Assembly (NCBI GenBank): GCA_043228905.1
Contig: JBHGNT010000013.1
Span: 2,604,001 to 2,668,000 of the forward strand
Origin: Azolla caroliniana
Lineage: Eukaryota > Plantae > Polypodiophyta
Direction: 5' to 3'
DNA: 64,000 nucleotides
Shown here: piece after piece, positions 33,013 through 47,848 of the stretch
Layout: the number at the start of each line of letters is the position of its first letter
Numbering within the stretch: the first letter of the stretch is position 1
The notes under the pieces: generated by a model
Told to the model about the DNA's origin: nothing
Database searches by the model: none
Seen by the model: only the letters and a program-made list of their open reading frames with translations
Program-made: the position numbers and the translations under genes

Positions 33013-36000
33013 GAGGGTCAGTTGTGTAAATTACAAAAAATTGTAACATTGTAAATATTAATATGAATTTTCATAGGCTACAAATTAAGATAACGAGAAA
33101 GCACATGGACACACATGCTTTTTAGAGTACCACATGGAAACCATAACGCTTATCATCTTGTAATAGTTAGCTTAACATAAATTTCGAAAGCTAATTAGGA
33201 CTAATATGAAGCAATGCAAGGAAAAACATATCAAGCTAGTATTTACACTTGGAGAGAGATTGGTGTGTTGATTTTCTTTGAACTGTATGTTCAAAGCACC
33301 ACTTTATAAAGTGAGAGATAGAACTCTTGTTTATGAAATTTTGTCTACTATATAGGGAATAGTAAATTTGTTTCCTTCGGTGCTAAGGATTGAATTTATC
33401 TACTATTTCATTGTATTTTTTTTGGCGTAGTGTTAGTTATAATTATCTTGCCAATGTTTGCATTTGTTTTTGTAGTTGTGGTATAGAATCTTTTCGGTAT
33501 TACAAGATTAGGTCATCATTGGGTTGTCTTGAATCTAAGAGTAACCTTGTATGCTTTACTTTTGTAAATGATTCATCTCCTAATAAAAGTTTCTTTAACA
33601 TTTTGTTGTTACCATTATTGTATGGAAAAACAATCATTGTGGATGCAAATTTTATCCAACGTCCTACATCCGTATTTAGCATTTAATTTGTCATTTTATG
33701 TGCAACATTATTGTCTTTCAGTTTCTTTGCTATGAAATACATCCAATGCCTCTTTGGGATTTGTCCAATTGTCTCTCATCTTTGCTAGCATTTAGGTTGC
33801 CTTAAAAAAGGACAATATCATAGTTATCGCTCATTGTCTTGTGAAAAAAATTTTAATTTCAATGCAAGATTTGTGTGTTAGCTTTATCCTTTCATTCCTC
33901 ACCTTGCAAACAAATCAACCTTAGTGTTGCATAGCTACACCATTTAGTTTATATATGTAAATTTTAAAAATTCAATAAGACACAAAGGGAACTAACAACG
34001 TTGGACCACCTAAATTATGGTTCACTATCTTCTCTTTCAATGCCATCCTTCTCCCTTTGTGTGTCCACTCACATTCTCAAGCTTCGTAGGGTAGAACTCT
34101 AGTTGCCCATTGTTCTCTTTGTCTCTTTGTGCCAATGTATCATTGTGTTCACATTCTTCCTTCCTAACCACTACAACTCTCATTTCCATAGCCCATCGGG
34201 GACTTTCCTACTTCCAAGCATAAGTATTAATGTGAACCTTACAAAATAACCCCCCTCATATGTACTTATCAAGAGGGGGGCTAATGTGGAATATGTATTT
34301 TAGCTCTCCAATGTAAAGTACATTATGGTATTAAATATTTTCACACCCGTTAGGGTCTAGATGCGTTAACATTAACCTCCTGATTCTATAACCAATAATG
34401 CGTGATGGCTTTGAAGTCTCTTCTTATGTGATACATAAAGGCAATGCCTTTCCTACCGAAGTTCAAGATCTTGAATAATTAGAAGCATTTGGTGGCGTCT
34501 TTCTATTTAGCATATCAAGTGTGGTTCTATCACAAATTTACTAGTGACACATTTTCCTTGGAAGAAGATCAACAATAATAAATGCAACAACATGTCCATC
34601 TTATCATTACGAGAACATTTATATTCAAGATGTACAGATTTTACTTGATTGTACACAAGAAGTGAGATTAGGCTAGAATTCAAGCACATATGTGCAGTGT
34701 AAGTATAAATACAAGGAAAATGTAAGATTGAATTTAAAAGTAAAGTGGTTTAATATAGCAAGTGTTGATTGTCCACATTCATATATGATATCTCCATCAT
34801 GAATCGGTACTCAAATGCTTAAAGGAGTTAAGGTCTTTCTAAATACAAGCATGTTTTTAGTAAATAATACACAATCTTCCGAAAACGTCCTTAAAAGTTC
34901 GTAACCATATTAGTGGTACAAGGATAGCACATGTTGGCTGTAAAATAGTTTAATGATGTACTATTATATTCATAAATTCAGTGGAGAAGAAACATCCGAA
35001 GTATTGGAACGATTGAGCCAACTAAATTCATTGCATAAAAATAAAATCGCATTGAAAATTAGAAGAATTACAAGAAAGCCCATGATAAGTATTAAGGCAC
35101 AAAGAACACAAGAATGGTGGTAAATGACCTACGATAGGATATGTTTTGGAACTCCCCTAGTTCTCAATCAACAAAATTGAGCAAGGTGAAAGGATGTCTC
35201 ACAAATAGAAGATGCAATCAAACCACCATACTCTTGAATCAAACCACCGAAGTATGGAAACAATAGAAACTGGGTGACAAACTAAGTGGGAAATGAATGA
35301 TTTGAGCAAAGAAAAATAAGGAACCAAAAGCATTACTTCATATAAAATACCCTAGACATCCCCAAACGATTTGACATCTCTTTCGGTTGATGTCGAGGAT
35401 GACATGAGGATTGAGTAAGTGGTTCATTTTGATTCTTGTAATAAAACCTAGAAATTCTATCAATTTGCCGATGACAACAATGTATTAGAAACTTTGGTGT
35501 TTTGAAATAGTAAAAGGTTCCTTAAGATAATGAGTAAATTATTGGAACATTTCGAAGAAATGTATTTGAATAAAGATGATCTTAAGGTAGACGGAATTTC
35601 CTTAATGCTTGAACACCAATTTATAAGAACTATTGGAATGTCGTTTAATGCTTTAACACCAATATATGAGAACTATTGAATTATTAAAAAGAAAAAAAAA
35701 TTCTTATTGCTTTAACACCAATTAACCCAAGAGAACAATTACTTAATGTAAATATCTTTTGCCAAACTTAAATGGCAAGTAGTAAGTGTTGGTAAAACAT
35801 TTTGCCTAAGGCGTTTTCTAACACCAACCACCATTGCCATGATTTCTTATTTCTCACTTTGGGCTAATTGTCATGGTTAACTACTTGATAGAAAATAATT
35901 GAGTAGTTGGCACCTCTGATGTGAACCGCCTTCAATTAAAAAGTGTGATAATTCATCAGTTGTGATGGTAGAAGGCATATCCACAAACATAAAAAAGAAC

Positions 36001-36613
36001 ATTCATAATATATAATATTTCTAACCATACCATGTATATAACTAGATTTTCAAACAAGGGGATTATTTATGTATCCTCATAAACTCTCAAGGAACACAAA
36101 AAAATACAATATGATAAAATAACAACAAGAGGAAAGGTGTTGAGGACAAGGGGTGATGGGCCACGGCCATGTAATATTGTAAACAAGATTAAGTAGATCG
36201 AGAAGGTCAAGTGACCATAAGGGAGCTAAGCAAGAGATACATGAGAAAATCAAATAGGGGGATCATGCTCTTCATAATCCTTTCACCTAAGAATCTAAGT
36301 TATATCCCCTCATTGCCAACCAATACGTTTACATAAATCACAAACCCTCCACACAATGTCATTGATGAGGGTGTGGTCGATTGATACCAATGGCAAGAAA
36401 AGGTGTCGCATAAATGGGCTCCTTATGCTACCCCACATGTAGGCATTATGACATGTTTGATATAAAGCAAATAAAAAGGTATGAGCATATTATAAACATA
36501 AAATTGATACATGACATGTGAAGTATGCCAAGGAAAGTCATGAATGCATCCCATGTCCCATAACATGGGATAGAAGCACCATGCTCATGCCTTAGGATTT
36601 GGGTTTTGCCTTG

Positions 36614-36679
<66 letters not shown>

Positions 36680-37330
36680 AAGGTAGGTTGGTGTTCTCAA
36701 TTGATGCAACAAACTAAGATATTTATTGGGAGAGTTATGGTTGGAGCTTTACCATTGGGGGATGCATTAAAAAAAAGAAACATTACTAAAGGATCGTGTT
36801 TCTTTTGTCCAGTGGAAATGGAACATAGTAAGCATCGATTTCTTTCATGCTCGATGGCAAGGATGGTTTGGAGGTGTGGATGTCTCTAACTAGAGTAAGC
36901 CTATCTTCCTTCAGTTAGGTTTTTGCACATATGGAGAACAATGAACCAATGCCTCATTTCCATATTATTTTTGAGTTCTTGAGGTATTGGGGGGCTATGG
37001 TTCAATTGGAATATGCGGAATACCTTCACTTTTGATTCACAAGTTGGGGTGAGAAAATATGTTCTAAAGTTAAATGACTTCTTTTGTGGCAATTGACAGT
37101 GCTAGAGAAGTCATGAAATCTAAACCATGAAGAGAGAGAACTTTGCAATGTCACATATTATCATATTTGCCATTTGAATTGGTGTGTAGGGTGGCAATGA
37201 GTTTGGAGTCATAATAGTCTTTAGATCCCTAGATAGAAGGGTTCTATACTTTGTAGTAAGTTAATCATGGTGATATTTTTTCTTTTGTAATAAAAGCCAT
37301 TATTTACAAGATATATATATATATATAAAG
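36680..37330 (+). mobile_element. L1-type LINE 3' fragment (zf-RVT domain) next to a (GA)n tract
   Basis: KIFIGRVMVGALP...SCFFC...EHSKHRFLSCSMARMVW and W..WNMRN motifs; AATAAA then simple-repeat tail. Confidence 0.7.
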
Positions 37331-37583
37331 CATTTGGTAAGCTTACCCAATGGAGACCAAGCAGTCATGGGTTCAACCCCTACATTCCACAATGGCATCT
37401 AGTGAATATAGTCTTTAGATCCCTAGATAGAAGGCTTTTAGTCATGGTGATATTTTTTCTTTTGTAATAAAAGCCATTATTTACAAGAGAGAGAGAGATA
37501 TATAAAGCATTTGGTAAGGTTGCCCAATGGAGACCAAGCAGTCATGGGTTCAACCCCTACATTCCACAATGGCATCTAGTGAA
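37213..37583. repeat. Local ~180-190-bp tandem duplication containing a SINE-like B box
   Basis: ATAGTCTTTAGATCCC...GGGTTCAACCCC...TCTAGTGAAT occurs twice. Confidence 0.8.
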
Positions 37584-38975
37584 TTAAGAGATATATATGA
37601 CTTAATAGAGAGGTGAAGAAATTGAGTTTTGAACCCACTACACAATGCTTGTAGTGTTAACAACTTACCACTAGGGTAAAGTAACTACAATAAATCAATA
37701 AAAGAGAAAGAGAGAGAACCACATTGTCATTTTAGATGTCAACAACAAGAAAGTGTGCATACTAGGTCTTGAAATGTTTATCGAGAAACAAACTTAGGTA
37801 AATGCATGGACCATAACAATCAAAGCTATAGTTGACCAAACAAATAATTGCGGCAAGTTCTAGCCTAATTTAATTCATGAACGAATGATTAGGCATGTGC
37901 TTATAACAGCTGAATGCAAGAGATAATAACCTTGTACGGGTGTAAATCACTTGTTCCACTAGTTTATTATGCAGTTTTAAGTGGCTATAAGGAACATTTT
38001 TCCAAATCCCAATATTTTTTTCTCTTTGCTCATCATTAGACGAGGATGCCACTAGATTGATAATGGTCCATCCTTTTCCTATTGCTAGATAAAATGGCAG
38101 ACATCTCGAATCCTTACTTTGATGCTTCCTCTTGTTTTTCGATGTTTGTTGATATTTGTGAAATATATTGAGATAAACAATAAACATGTTGTTCATTAAA
38201 AGTTGGCTTTAATATCAGCAGAAGGAGAATTCATCACCATCGAAATTTCTTTTTGATTCCTCTTTTATTCTATAAAAAAAGCAACAGAGAAAACATTATT
38301 GAAACATTGACAGTGGAAGCAACATACCCACTTCTTGTTCTTTTGTATGTGAGTAGTTTGATTATTTCCTGACCTTTGGAATTGTAGAAAACTTTTGTCA
38401 CAAAGGCACAACTTAGAAGGATCAAATCCACGTGGATGGATTTTAGTAAAGAAATAACCCCATTTCGAGGTTTATTTTCAAAAGTGAGAACAAATCCCAA
38501 TCAGGTAGGAAATGCAAAAGGGCCTTTGCCAACTTGATAATATTGTAGTTATATAGTATAGATGAAACTCGACCTTTCTCTCTTTCCTATATTCTTTAAG
38601 GCATATATCCTTAAATCCTCCTAGCTTAATGTAAAACAAGAATTTTCAACAAAACGTTTCATACACATTATTGACTTTCGTAGTCTATTCTATTCAACGC
38701 TTATAACTCGAATGTTTTTATCGTACAAGCACATGTAAATGTTTGAATAACGAGGTTGTGGAGTGTCGATCGAGATAAATAATTTCTGGTGGTGTAAGGA
38801 TAAAAGAGGGTCAAAGTATGTTTTAATTGGATCTAAGTTACACGATTGGGTCATTGATTTGGGTGACTTGTCATGTCATGAATTGGGAAATGTTGAGAGA
38901 ACTACATGCACTTGGCCATCAATATCCATCCCCGATTATATATATGTAGCCACTAGCCACAGCCATCCAATCCCA

Positions 38976-39245
38976 AGCTATGTGTGGCTCCCTTCGCCTA
39001 CCACCTAAGACAAACAACCTATCATACATGTACAATCAAGCCACCTAGGACCACTAGCTAATGCTGGAACTCGGTTTCTTAACGTTGTTTGTTATGTGGT
39101 TCATAGATAGGTCACAACCCTCCAATGCTAAGCTATATGTGGGTCTCTTCACCTAGCACCTAAGACAAAAAACCTACCGTACATGTATGATCAAGCCACC
39201 TAGCACCACTAGCCCAATGCTAGAAGTAGTTTCTTGACATTGTTA
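38976..39245. repeat. Two diverged ~115-bp direct repeats
   Basis: AGCTAT.TGTGG...CACCTAAGACAAA...TCAAGCCACCTAG.ACCACTAGC at ~38976 and ~39131. Confidence 0.7.
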
Positions 39246-39963
39246 CTGACATCATCGGTAGACAAATGTTGTAGATTTACAGTTAGACATGTCATTGAGA
39301 TCAATCGCGGTTCATCAACGGGGAGGGGGAGGGGGGTTATTACATGGTTGGTTGTCATTGTCATCAGAGCCATATCGGCTAGTTGTCAAGTGACAAAGGC
39401 TCCTCATTGCCAATCTGAGCGAGATGTGTGGCTGGTGTTCTACACCAACTGAGTTTGGATGAGTTTTCAGGTATGGGTGGTGGTGGGTACACTGTTCTTT
39501 CTTGCCGGCACCGTCCGGCTGGAGAGAAGGGTTGTTGTTACTTAACTTCTTGCGGGAGACAGTCGAGTGGCGTTAACGATTGGTGGCCAGGCGAGTGGGT
39601 GGGTAGGGGAGGTGGGTTAGGGTTTAGGGTTTGGACAGTCAGGCAACATGATGCCAGGATTACAAGCTGGGGAGCAGGGCGAGAAGGATTATCGTGGATC
39701 GGAAATCACCGGAATCAAGGAATCGAGAATCGGAATCAGGAATCGAGAATCGGAATCGGAATCGGTGGACTCGTGTCTTGTCTCTGCCTGGGAAACTTGT
39801 GGTTCCATTAGGACCATTACCAGTACCACACATACACTCTCTCTCTCTTTCTCTGTCTTTCTCTGTCTCTCTCTTCTTCTTCTCTGAAATCTGTTTTGCA
39901 TGTCTGCTTATCTGTTTGGAATCTATGGCCCGTTTTAGTAAAGGAAAGCAGAGACAGAGAGAC

Positions 39964-40030
<67 letters not shown>

Positions 40031-41045
40031 AAGAGTTCAGCTCCCTAAAAAGCTTCCTCCATCACTGCTTTTTTTCCCCCTTCGATTTGCTGCTGCTTCT
40101 TCTTCTTCTTAATCTTTCGTTCTCGCCATCGCTGGCTTCTTCTTCCTTTTTCCCTGTCCTTGCTTTCTCTGATCTTACCCACATTCCCCGATTGTATCCT
40201 GTTAGTGTGATAGATTTTTATTTATTCTCGCCATCGCTGGTGCCTTCTTTCTCCTTTTCCTTCCTTCCTTCTTTGCTCTCTTCTACCCACATTCCGATTT
40301 ATATTCTAAAATCTGTGTGCCAGATTTATATCCAGGCCATCGCCGCTTCAATCATCGCCCATCAGAGACTCAGCTTCTGCTGGTGCCATCTCATTTCTCC
40401 ATCTGCCTGCACAGAGGTAGATAACCCTTACCACTCATCTCAACAGACCCTTTTCTCCGGCTAGATAACCAAAACCCTAACCCTAACCCTAACCTAGCAC
40501 GCACCCGAATTCCGCAGCCAAACCTAACCATAATGCGACAAAAAACCATAGCAGCACTAATCTGGAAACAAAATCTAGCCCTGACAAGCCCATGGCCTAA
40601 TCTAACGGCAAACATAAATTCAGAAGAAAACCCATTACTCTAATCCAGCAGGAAAAAACCTAAACCTTAATTCAGAAAGAAATCCATTTTCCCTGATTTG
40701 AAGAAAATCCGTTATCTACATTCCGGAAGAATGCTTCCTAACCCATCCTGAAAACCCAAACCCTAGCATCCGTTCCAATTCAGAATAAAGCTCGTCATCC
40801 TAATCCGTGGTAAAACCCAAATCCTAGTTCAGAAAGGAGAGAATCCAAACCCTCATTCAGAAAAACTTATTACCTTAATTAAGAAGAAGGCCCATCGCCC
40901 TAATTGAAACTCCAATTTAGGTGTTTTTATAACCCTGAACTAATCTTTAGCATCAAAAGAAGAAGAAGAAAGAGACAGCCATTTTTTTTTTTTTCCTAAG
41001 GGAAAAATTGGAACAAAAACATACAAATTTTCTTTCCCCAGCTCC

Positions 41046-43831
41046 ATGTCTGTAGTAACACAGGATGTGTTCACACTACGGCGTCCCCAGGCCAAGATAT
41101 CCGACCTCCTAGTCTTCTTCAGCCTGCCGAAAGACTACTTGACTATGATCAGGACACATTTTCTATACAAGAAGGATCCATGGTGGCCTTTAAGGTTCTT
41201 CAAGTCAATAGCTCTCTTGGTATCCATGGTTATACTAATAAGCTCGTCTCTGCTGTATGGCTCAGGTGTTCTCCTAGAGAGAGCTAATTACTTAGGGCGG
41301 CAATGCTTCGATGTAAAAGGAAACACAGGGATCGGTGGACACAACCCGAGTGCCAAACGCTACAAATTTGCGATGGTTACATGCCAAGATGGAGGAAATG
41401 GTGTTCCAGGAAGGTCTTTCGAGGGCCTGTCGGAGTTAGTTACACCTAATAAGGTTAGCTATGCTAAGAGACATGGTTATGAATTCATTGATGCCAGTCA
41501 TCTTCTCGATCGGAACCGGCCCCCTAGTTGGAGTAAGATCTTGGCCGTCCGTAAATATCTTGCTGATTATGATTGGGTGTTCTGGAATGATGCGGTAAAA
41601 TCGCATCTCTTATTGATCTCCCACTGTTCTTTTTTTTTCTGGGATTTGTTTTTCGATATCTTTCATTAGAGTTTCAAAAAAGAAAATCTCAAAGTTCCCT
41701 TCATATTGGGTATGATATGGAACTGCCCTTCAAGGTTTTTGGAAGTTATCAAATTATGCCTCTTGGTTAATGCCGTTGGTGTTTTTTCTGGGCATTAAAT
41801 TCCCTTCATTTTATAAATTGGAAGGTTTTGGAAAAATACTATACCCTTAGTATGTTTGATAAAGATTGAGTGCCAGTTTCATCATCTTTAATGAAAGGGA
41901 AAATTTTGGGTGTAAATATAATGAAGAGAGTATACCCTTGGAAGGTTTTGGAAATACCAAATTGGTAAACATGATGAATATTTAGCGCCAGTCAGCATAT
42001 ATCTTTAAAGGGCTCTAAAAAACCTTTTTCTGTGCTGCCATGGTTACATAGTTATGACGGAACTGCCTCCAATTTTTGCATCACATTTATTTTTATGTGG
42101 TTGGTGGTTGCATTGCCTGATTTTATCTATTATATAGACATACATAGTGTGCATTTATGAGCTAGTTAAGACATACATAACACATACATAGTGAATTACC
42201 TCAAAATATGTGCGTGTCTGTGCATGTACATACATATGTACATATAGATGTCTGTAATTGTGTTTGCCTGATTTTATCTATTATATAGACATACATAGTA
42301 TGCATTTATGATCTAGTTAAGACATGCATTTATGATCTAGTTAAGACATACATAACACACACATAGTGAATTACCTCAAAATATGTGTGTGTCTGTGCAT
42401 GTGCATACATATGTATAGATGTCTGTAATTGTGTTGTGATACATTGTATCGTACACATTGAATTGGAATCCTATATCCTATATTCTTTTTATTCCATATT
42501 TTATCTCCGAATGGCCCCCAGGGTCCCAAATCAGAAGATGAAAACAATGCAGAAAAAGAATCCAATAATACAAAACTGCAAAGTTTAACTTTGCTTTTCA
42601 AAAAAAAAATCTTATTTTTACTGTTTCTGTTTAGAAACGAATGTCTTCAACAATAATCCCTTTGTTATCTTCTTTGCTTATGGTTGTGTACTTGTTTTTT
42701 ATTTGGGTTTTTGCAGGATTCACTTGTGACAAATCCAACAATTGCACTGGTATGTTTTTGACAATCCGAGATTTCTTTAGTTTCCTCTGTAGAATGAGAT
42801 TATCGAGTTATTAAGATCTTTGGTCTTTAATATCACCTCATTCTATTCGAAAAATAGGAGGACATTATCAAATCAGTGGTTGGAAATAAGAAATTCAATG
42901 AGATGCCCGATTCCATAGTTACAGAGGATGTCACGGGTGTAAATGCAGGTATATAGACTGCATGTTAACGTGTGTATATATGTACAATGTGTATGTAAGC
43001 ACATGTATGTGTGGTGTGTGTGTGTGTGTGTGTATCCATGTGGATATATGAATGTGTTTGTGCACCATTATACTGTTATTGTTTGTGTATGTAGTCTATA
43101 TAGACTCCATGTCTTGTATGTATGTATATATGTGTGCGTGTGTTTCTATGTATCTTATACAGGGTCCTTGTCTATATCGGCCACTTGGGTGCCGCTCAAA
43201 CTCTTATGTAGCTTCCATTTTTTCTGTTTCTAGTGCACATAATACATGCATGCACTCCTGACACCTTGCAGGGATGTTTTTCTTCCGGAACTCTTCATGG
43301 AGCATGCAGTTTCTAGACCTTTGGTGGAACCAAACATCATTCATCAGGCCCTTTGGTCAGAAGAAGAGTGGTGACAACGATGCCCTCAAGTTCCTGATAA
43401 GAAACATGCCTGATGAAGAACGCAAGCGACATGTCAGAATTCCCAAAATGCAGTGTGTCTTCAATTCCAATCTTTGGCAGCCTTCATTAAAGAGTGGTCA
43501 CAGACTGGTTACTTTAACAAGGACTGTATGGCAAGGTTGATCTAATTGTTATGTCTGTGTTTATTGTATGCGAAACATATACGTGTAATATGTATGTATA
43601 ATGTATTCTATAAATATGTGTGTGCATTGTGTAAATATGGGGGAAGGACCTTTTCATGTTCTCAAAAATGTGATGCCAGGTGTTTATTCTAAAGGCGATT
43701 TCATGGTGCATCTGGCTGGGTTGAATGACAAGAAGACATGGATAAAGAAGATCCTTCGGGACATCCAAGAGGAAGAGAAAATGAGCGAAAAACGGAAACA
43801 AGCAAAGAATGTAGACTCCCATCGCCACTGA
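41046..43831 (+). CDS. Glycosyltransferase family 34 (GMA12/MNN10-like); exons 41046-41594, 42717-42749, 42858-42948, 43272-43535, 43680-43831
   Basis: N-terminal TM anchor, NKVSYAKRHGY, RPPSWSKILAV, YDWVFWNDA|DS (DxD), EDVTGVNAG.FF.RNS.WS, GDFMVHLAG; all introns GT-AG with matching phase; probable 5' UTR intron from ~40417 to 41041. Confidence 0.92.
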
Positions 43832-46800
43832 CAATGTACACGATACATACGTAAATCTATATATACAATCTTTACAAAAGTTGTTTTTAATGAAGATCCA
43901 TCGACTGCTGGAAGTGAATTCTTTCATTCTTTTGGGGTGGGGGAGAGGACATGTACATTTGTTCAGAGAACCATTTTTATCATTGGATTATATACCTTCG
44001 AGAGACGAGAGGTCTTTGTGAATACTCAAAATGCTTGATAGAGGATATAGCAACAAACTAATAGACAATGCTTGTTGATGTCGATCTCTGTCAAAGCAAC
44101 AAACTAACAATTTTGGTTACGATTATGGGATTATACAGTTTCTTGAACCTTCCCCCCCCTTTGGTTCAGCAAATCCATTGTATTTTAGCTCCTCTTTTCT
44201 ATTGAAACCCATGTACTATACAACTTTTGTTTAATATAGTAAAAGAAGTTACCGACATTCACCTTGGCAGTGTGTATTTGAGTCTAATAATGTGATCCAA
44301 CTCATCACTGTGTGTGTATATATGCTGGATCAATTTACCTTTCATATATTGATAGGTACTACCCAATTGAGTGCTTTTTCTGTTATATGGATTGTTGATT
44401 GCTAGGAATTGAACAGGTGTATCGATATAATAGAATTGTCTGTATAAATTACATGAACAAAAGTTGGTTTAATGTGGTGTTTATGTACTTAAAGTCAATG
44501 CTTTACTGTGAGATGTTATCGATCCTTATCTAGGCTTTGAAAGTTATGCATATGGATCCCTTTTCCTTTTATCTTTTTCGTACATCTTGCATTATATGCA
44601 ACCCTCTGTATCTGTCATTTCCCTTGATAAAAATCGCAATTTAACGCTCACCTACAAAACTGAGAACAAATCAGGTCTCCCATACAATAAGAGACTTGAA
44701 TTCCATGAAAATGGTCACAAAACTACAAAACAATGATAATGTGTATGATGTGTCATGCTATATGCTTTGCAGACTACCTAAAAATCAAAGCAAAGGATTG
44801 CATACGCTGATAGAACTTAGTATTTTCCCCAAACATGAAATTACCACAATAAAAATGGCTACAATAGTATATTCTCAATGTTGGATTAAACGATGGTGTC
44901 TTTTGCTACAATAATTTATAGATCATGAAACTTCACATTTGCTTCTATTTCTTATTGCCTATCATCCTCCCAACAAAGTCTTACATGTTATTTTTGTATT
45001 ATTTCCTTATATATGAAGGTTTGCCAAACACCATCTCTGCTAAGTACTGTATAAGATTCCTAATTGAAATTGATCTCTCTTGGTTCAAAGTCTCTGTTTC
45101 TCCTTCATTTTTTGACGCTTATAAAAAAATAGGTGTACTTTCACTTGTAATTCCTAGCATAATGCGATCGATTTAGCCCCACCTAATCTAATCACCTAAT
45201 CTAATCGATCCATTTATACATATACTCTCACTAAAAATGCTAATGCTAACATTGATGTAATACATATTTAGCCCCATCTAATGGGGCAGTTTTCGGATGG
45301 TAGAATGAATGGGGTCATGATTAGATGGGCGCTAAATTGGGGTTCTTCTGGGTCGAAGGCTCAAAGAATGCCTGATGAATTTCCATCCAAGAATGTTTGC
45401 ACAGCAAGGGTACCGGTAAGGACTCCCAAAAGGATTGAAAAGTTTTATGACCAAGCAAAAGCAGGACTATGATATTCTCAGCTCTTGGAAGCATGTGACA
45501 AAATCTATGAAGTAATGAAACACATGCTTGGATGATCCAACAACAAGGAACACCTGAAAACCATCGCATTGTACTGCACGTAACTCTGCCCAATCGACTC
45601 ATAGCATTAGGTCTAAAAAGTGTTTGATACCCTTCCATCAAGGATCTAGTCTCTTGGATGTACACATACTATTGAGTCCAAGCAGTGTTTGATACCCTTC
45701 TCATCAAGGATCTACCCTCTTGGCTGTACAGATGGACCATTCTCGGTATATGTGAATCCATGCCATTGCATTCAATTCATTTGATAAATGATCCAAGCCA
45801 TTGTTTTCAATTCATTTGATTAAATGATCCAAGCCACTGTTTCCAATTCATTTGATAGAATGATCAGAGAAGACATCTCCGTCGTCGCATCATCTCGATA
45901 AGGCAATGACCAACAATTCAATTGAGAGGACATGCCTTCTTCTCCTTGGCCTGGTATGATTTTGTTTCTCTTTTTGAGTGCCTGATCTGAAAGCGCGGCC
46001 TCAAATGAAGCTTCAAATGAAGCTTGTGTCAACGCTCCCACGCCTTCATCATGAATAATTATGTATGCAAAGAGCCTTGGGGATGTATGGGAATAGAGGT
46101 TTTAAAACATATGTTTTCTATTGCAGTCTTGATACTTGTAGCCTGTTGCACAAATCTTGCTCTATCTAATGGGCTTTTGAAGAGCCATTGGCACCATTCT
46201 AATTTTAGAATAAGTTTGTCTTGAGAAAAACTTCACGCCATTAATGATCCTGACCTTCAAGCTATGGCATCACTTGATGCCACACACTTCTCATATGATC
46301 CCACATCATGCCTAACAAATACGAGTTAAACCTGCCTGTCTTCATCGGCAACGATAGATATGATCATCAATAGGCTACTCAATCAATATAGATAGAAGTA
46401 TGGAAGATTCATCAATGACAAAATGTTGGATAAACATATTCATACAGAAGTAATGAAGAATCATCAATGACCAAATGTCTAGAGATGTTATGTACAACCC
46501 TATTACTTTTTTGAGTATATATATATATATAGAGAGAGGGATTAGGAAAGAGAAAGAAAAAATGAGTTACAATGGGGAGGGGGTGTTAAAAATCAACATG
46601 TTTTTGTGGTTAAAATGGGACTGTTAGCCTGCGGTGCGAATCATCGAACAGAGTTGTTGTATCGAATACCCCTTAGGTGTATCATACTGTTGCGCCCGGC
46701 ATGGTATGATCCACTACCGGATCAATACATAAAAAGAGAGGGATGAGACCCAAGAAGAGTTGATCGAAATTTTGACACAATCTTCGATCCATCGATAAAA

Positions 46801-46897
46801 GAAGAGGGATTAGTGAGACCCAAGGAGAGATCGAAATCTCCGACAAATCTATCTTCGATCCATAGATACAAGGGAGGGATGAGACCTACGGAGAGTA

Positions 46898-47662
46898 TCA
46901 AATCTTGACAATCTTGGCAGCCTTCACCAGCGGATTGCCTTTGGCGATGGCTACCCTACCTGCGGCTTTGTAGTCGTAAGAGCAGTCGTGCCGATCCGAG
47001 TACCTATGTGTGGCGCAGAAGACGTCGCCACACTTGCACCTGAAGCCGAGGAGCCCGATACGCTTCCGGCATGAGTGGCATCTGTTGGCAGATTTGGGGG
47101 GGGCGGGGTCCGAGAGAGAGGGATCTGCAATGGCGGGATCTGTAATGGCGGGTTCGCAGGATGTGGACAGGATGTAGGGATTGGTGTTCTTTGTGAGATT
47201 GGGATTAGGCTCTGCTGAAGTAGAGGTAGTGGTAGTAGTAGTAGTAGTAGTGGATGATGATGATGATGATGCAGAGATGGAGAGAAGAGGCAGGGGTTCT
47301 GCTGAATTCGAGGGCGAGAGGGTGAGAGGCGAGGGAGGGATTTGAAGGAGGAGGAGGCCATCGCTGTTCGGACCTGATGAACCTGACGACGAAGAAGATG
47401 AAGAAGAAGAAGAAGACGACGACGATGATGAAACCACAGATGCCATGCTACATGGCAAGGAGGATGAGATCATCATTTCAGGGGAAGAAGCAGAACCAGA
47501 AGCAGAAGATTCAGCAGAAGCAGCAGAAGCAGGAGGAGGAGAAATCGAAGGGGACGAAGGAGGAAGAGGAGGATCGATGACAACCACAACAGGATTTGGC
47601 TTCTCTGAGAAGCATGAGGAAGCATCGGGGGAGGTATCAGAGGACTCGGAGCGTTGGGCCAT
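46898..47662 (-). CDS. AN1 zinc-finger stress-associated protein (SAP family), intronless CDS, no recognisable A20 domain
   Basis: C-terminal [57 protein letters not shown] is the canonical plant AN1; TTGCAG acceptor just upstream of the ATG. Confidence 0.93.
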   Translation of the reverse strand: MAQRSESSDTSPDASSCFSEKPNPVVVVIDPPLPPSSPSISPPPASAASAESSASGSASSPEMMISSSLPCSMASVVSSSSSSSSSSSSSSSSGSSGPNSDGLLLLQIPPSPLTLSPSNSAEPLPLLSISASSSSSSTTTTTTTTTSTSAEPNPNLTKNTNPYILSTSCEPAITDPAIADPSLSDPAPPKSANRCHSCRKRIGLLGFRCKCGDVFCATHRYSDRHDCSYDYKAAGRVAIAKGNPLVKAAKIVKI

Positions 47663-47686
47663 GGAGAAGGCTGCAAATTAGGGTTA

Positions 47687-47848
47687 TTTTTAGGGATTAG
47701 GGGATTGAATCGACAAGCAAAAAGGGTATTATGATTCCAGAAGATAATATGAGAAGAGGCAAAGATCTATTTTAGGGATTAGGGGATTGAATCAACAAGC
47801 AAAAAGGGTATTATGATTCCAGAAGATAATATGAGAAGAGGCAGAGAT
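47687..47848. repeat. ~80-bp tandem duplication in the 5' leader/intron of the SAP gene
   Basis: TTTTAGGGATTAGGGGATTGAATC...GAGAAGAGGCA.AGATCT occurs twice. Confidence 0.85.

Noticed and set aside
33013-36600. Possible LINE remnants (QFADD near 35460, zinc-finger-like piece near 34520)
   Set aside because: Too degraded to delimit without a search
40471-40495. Telomeric repeat
   Set aside because: Only about three units (also ~39615); ordinary telo-box-like motifs near a promoter
39648-40615. 256-aa ORF and neighbours upstream of the glycosyltransferase
   Set aside because: Microsatellite-driven low-complexity frames in a probable promoter/5' UTR
45200-46350. Short ORFs between the two host genes
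   Set aside because: No motif or splice structure I could support
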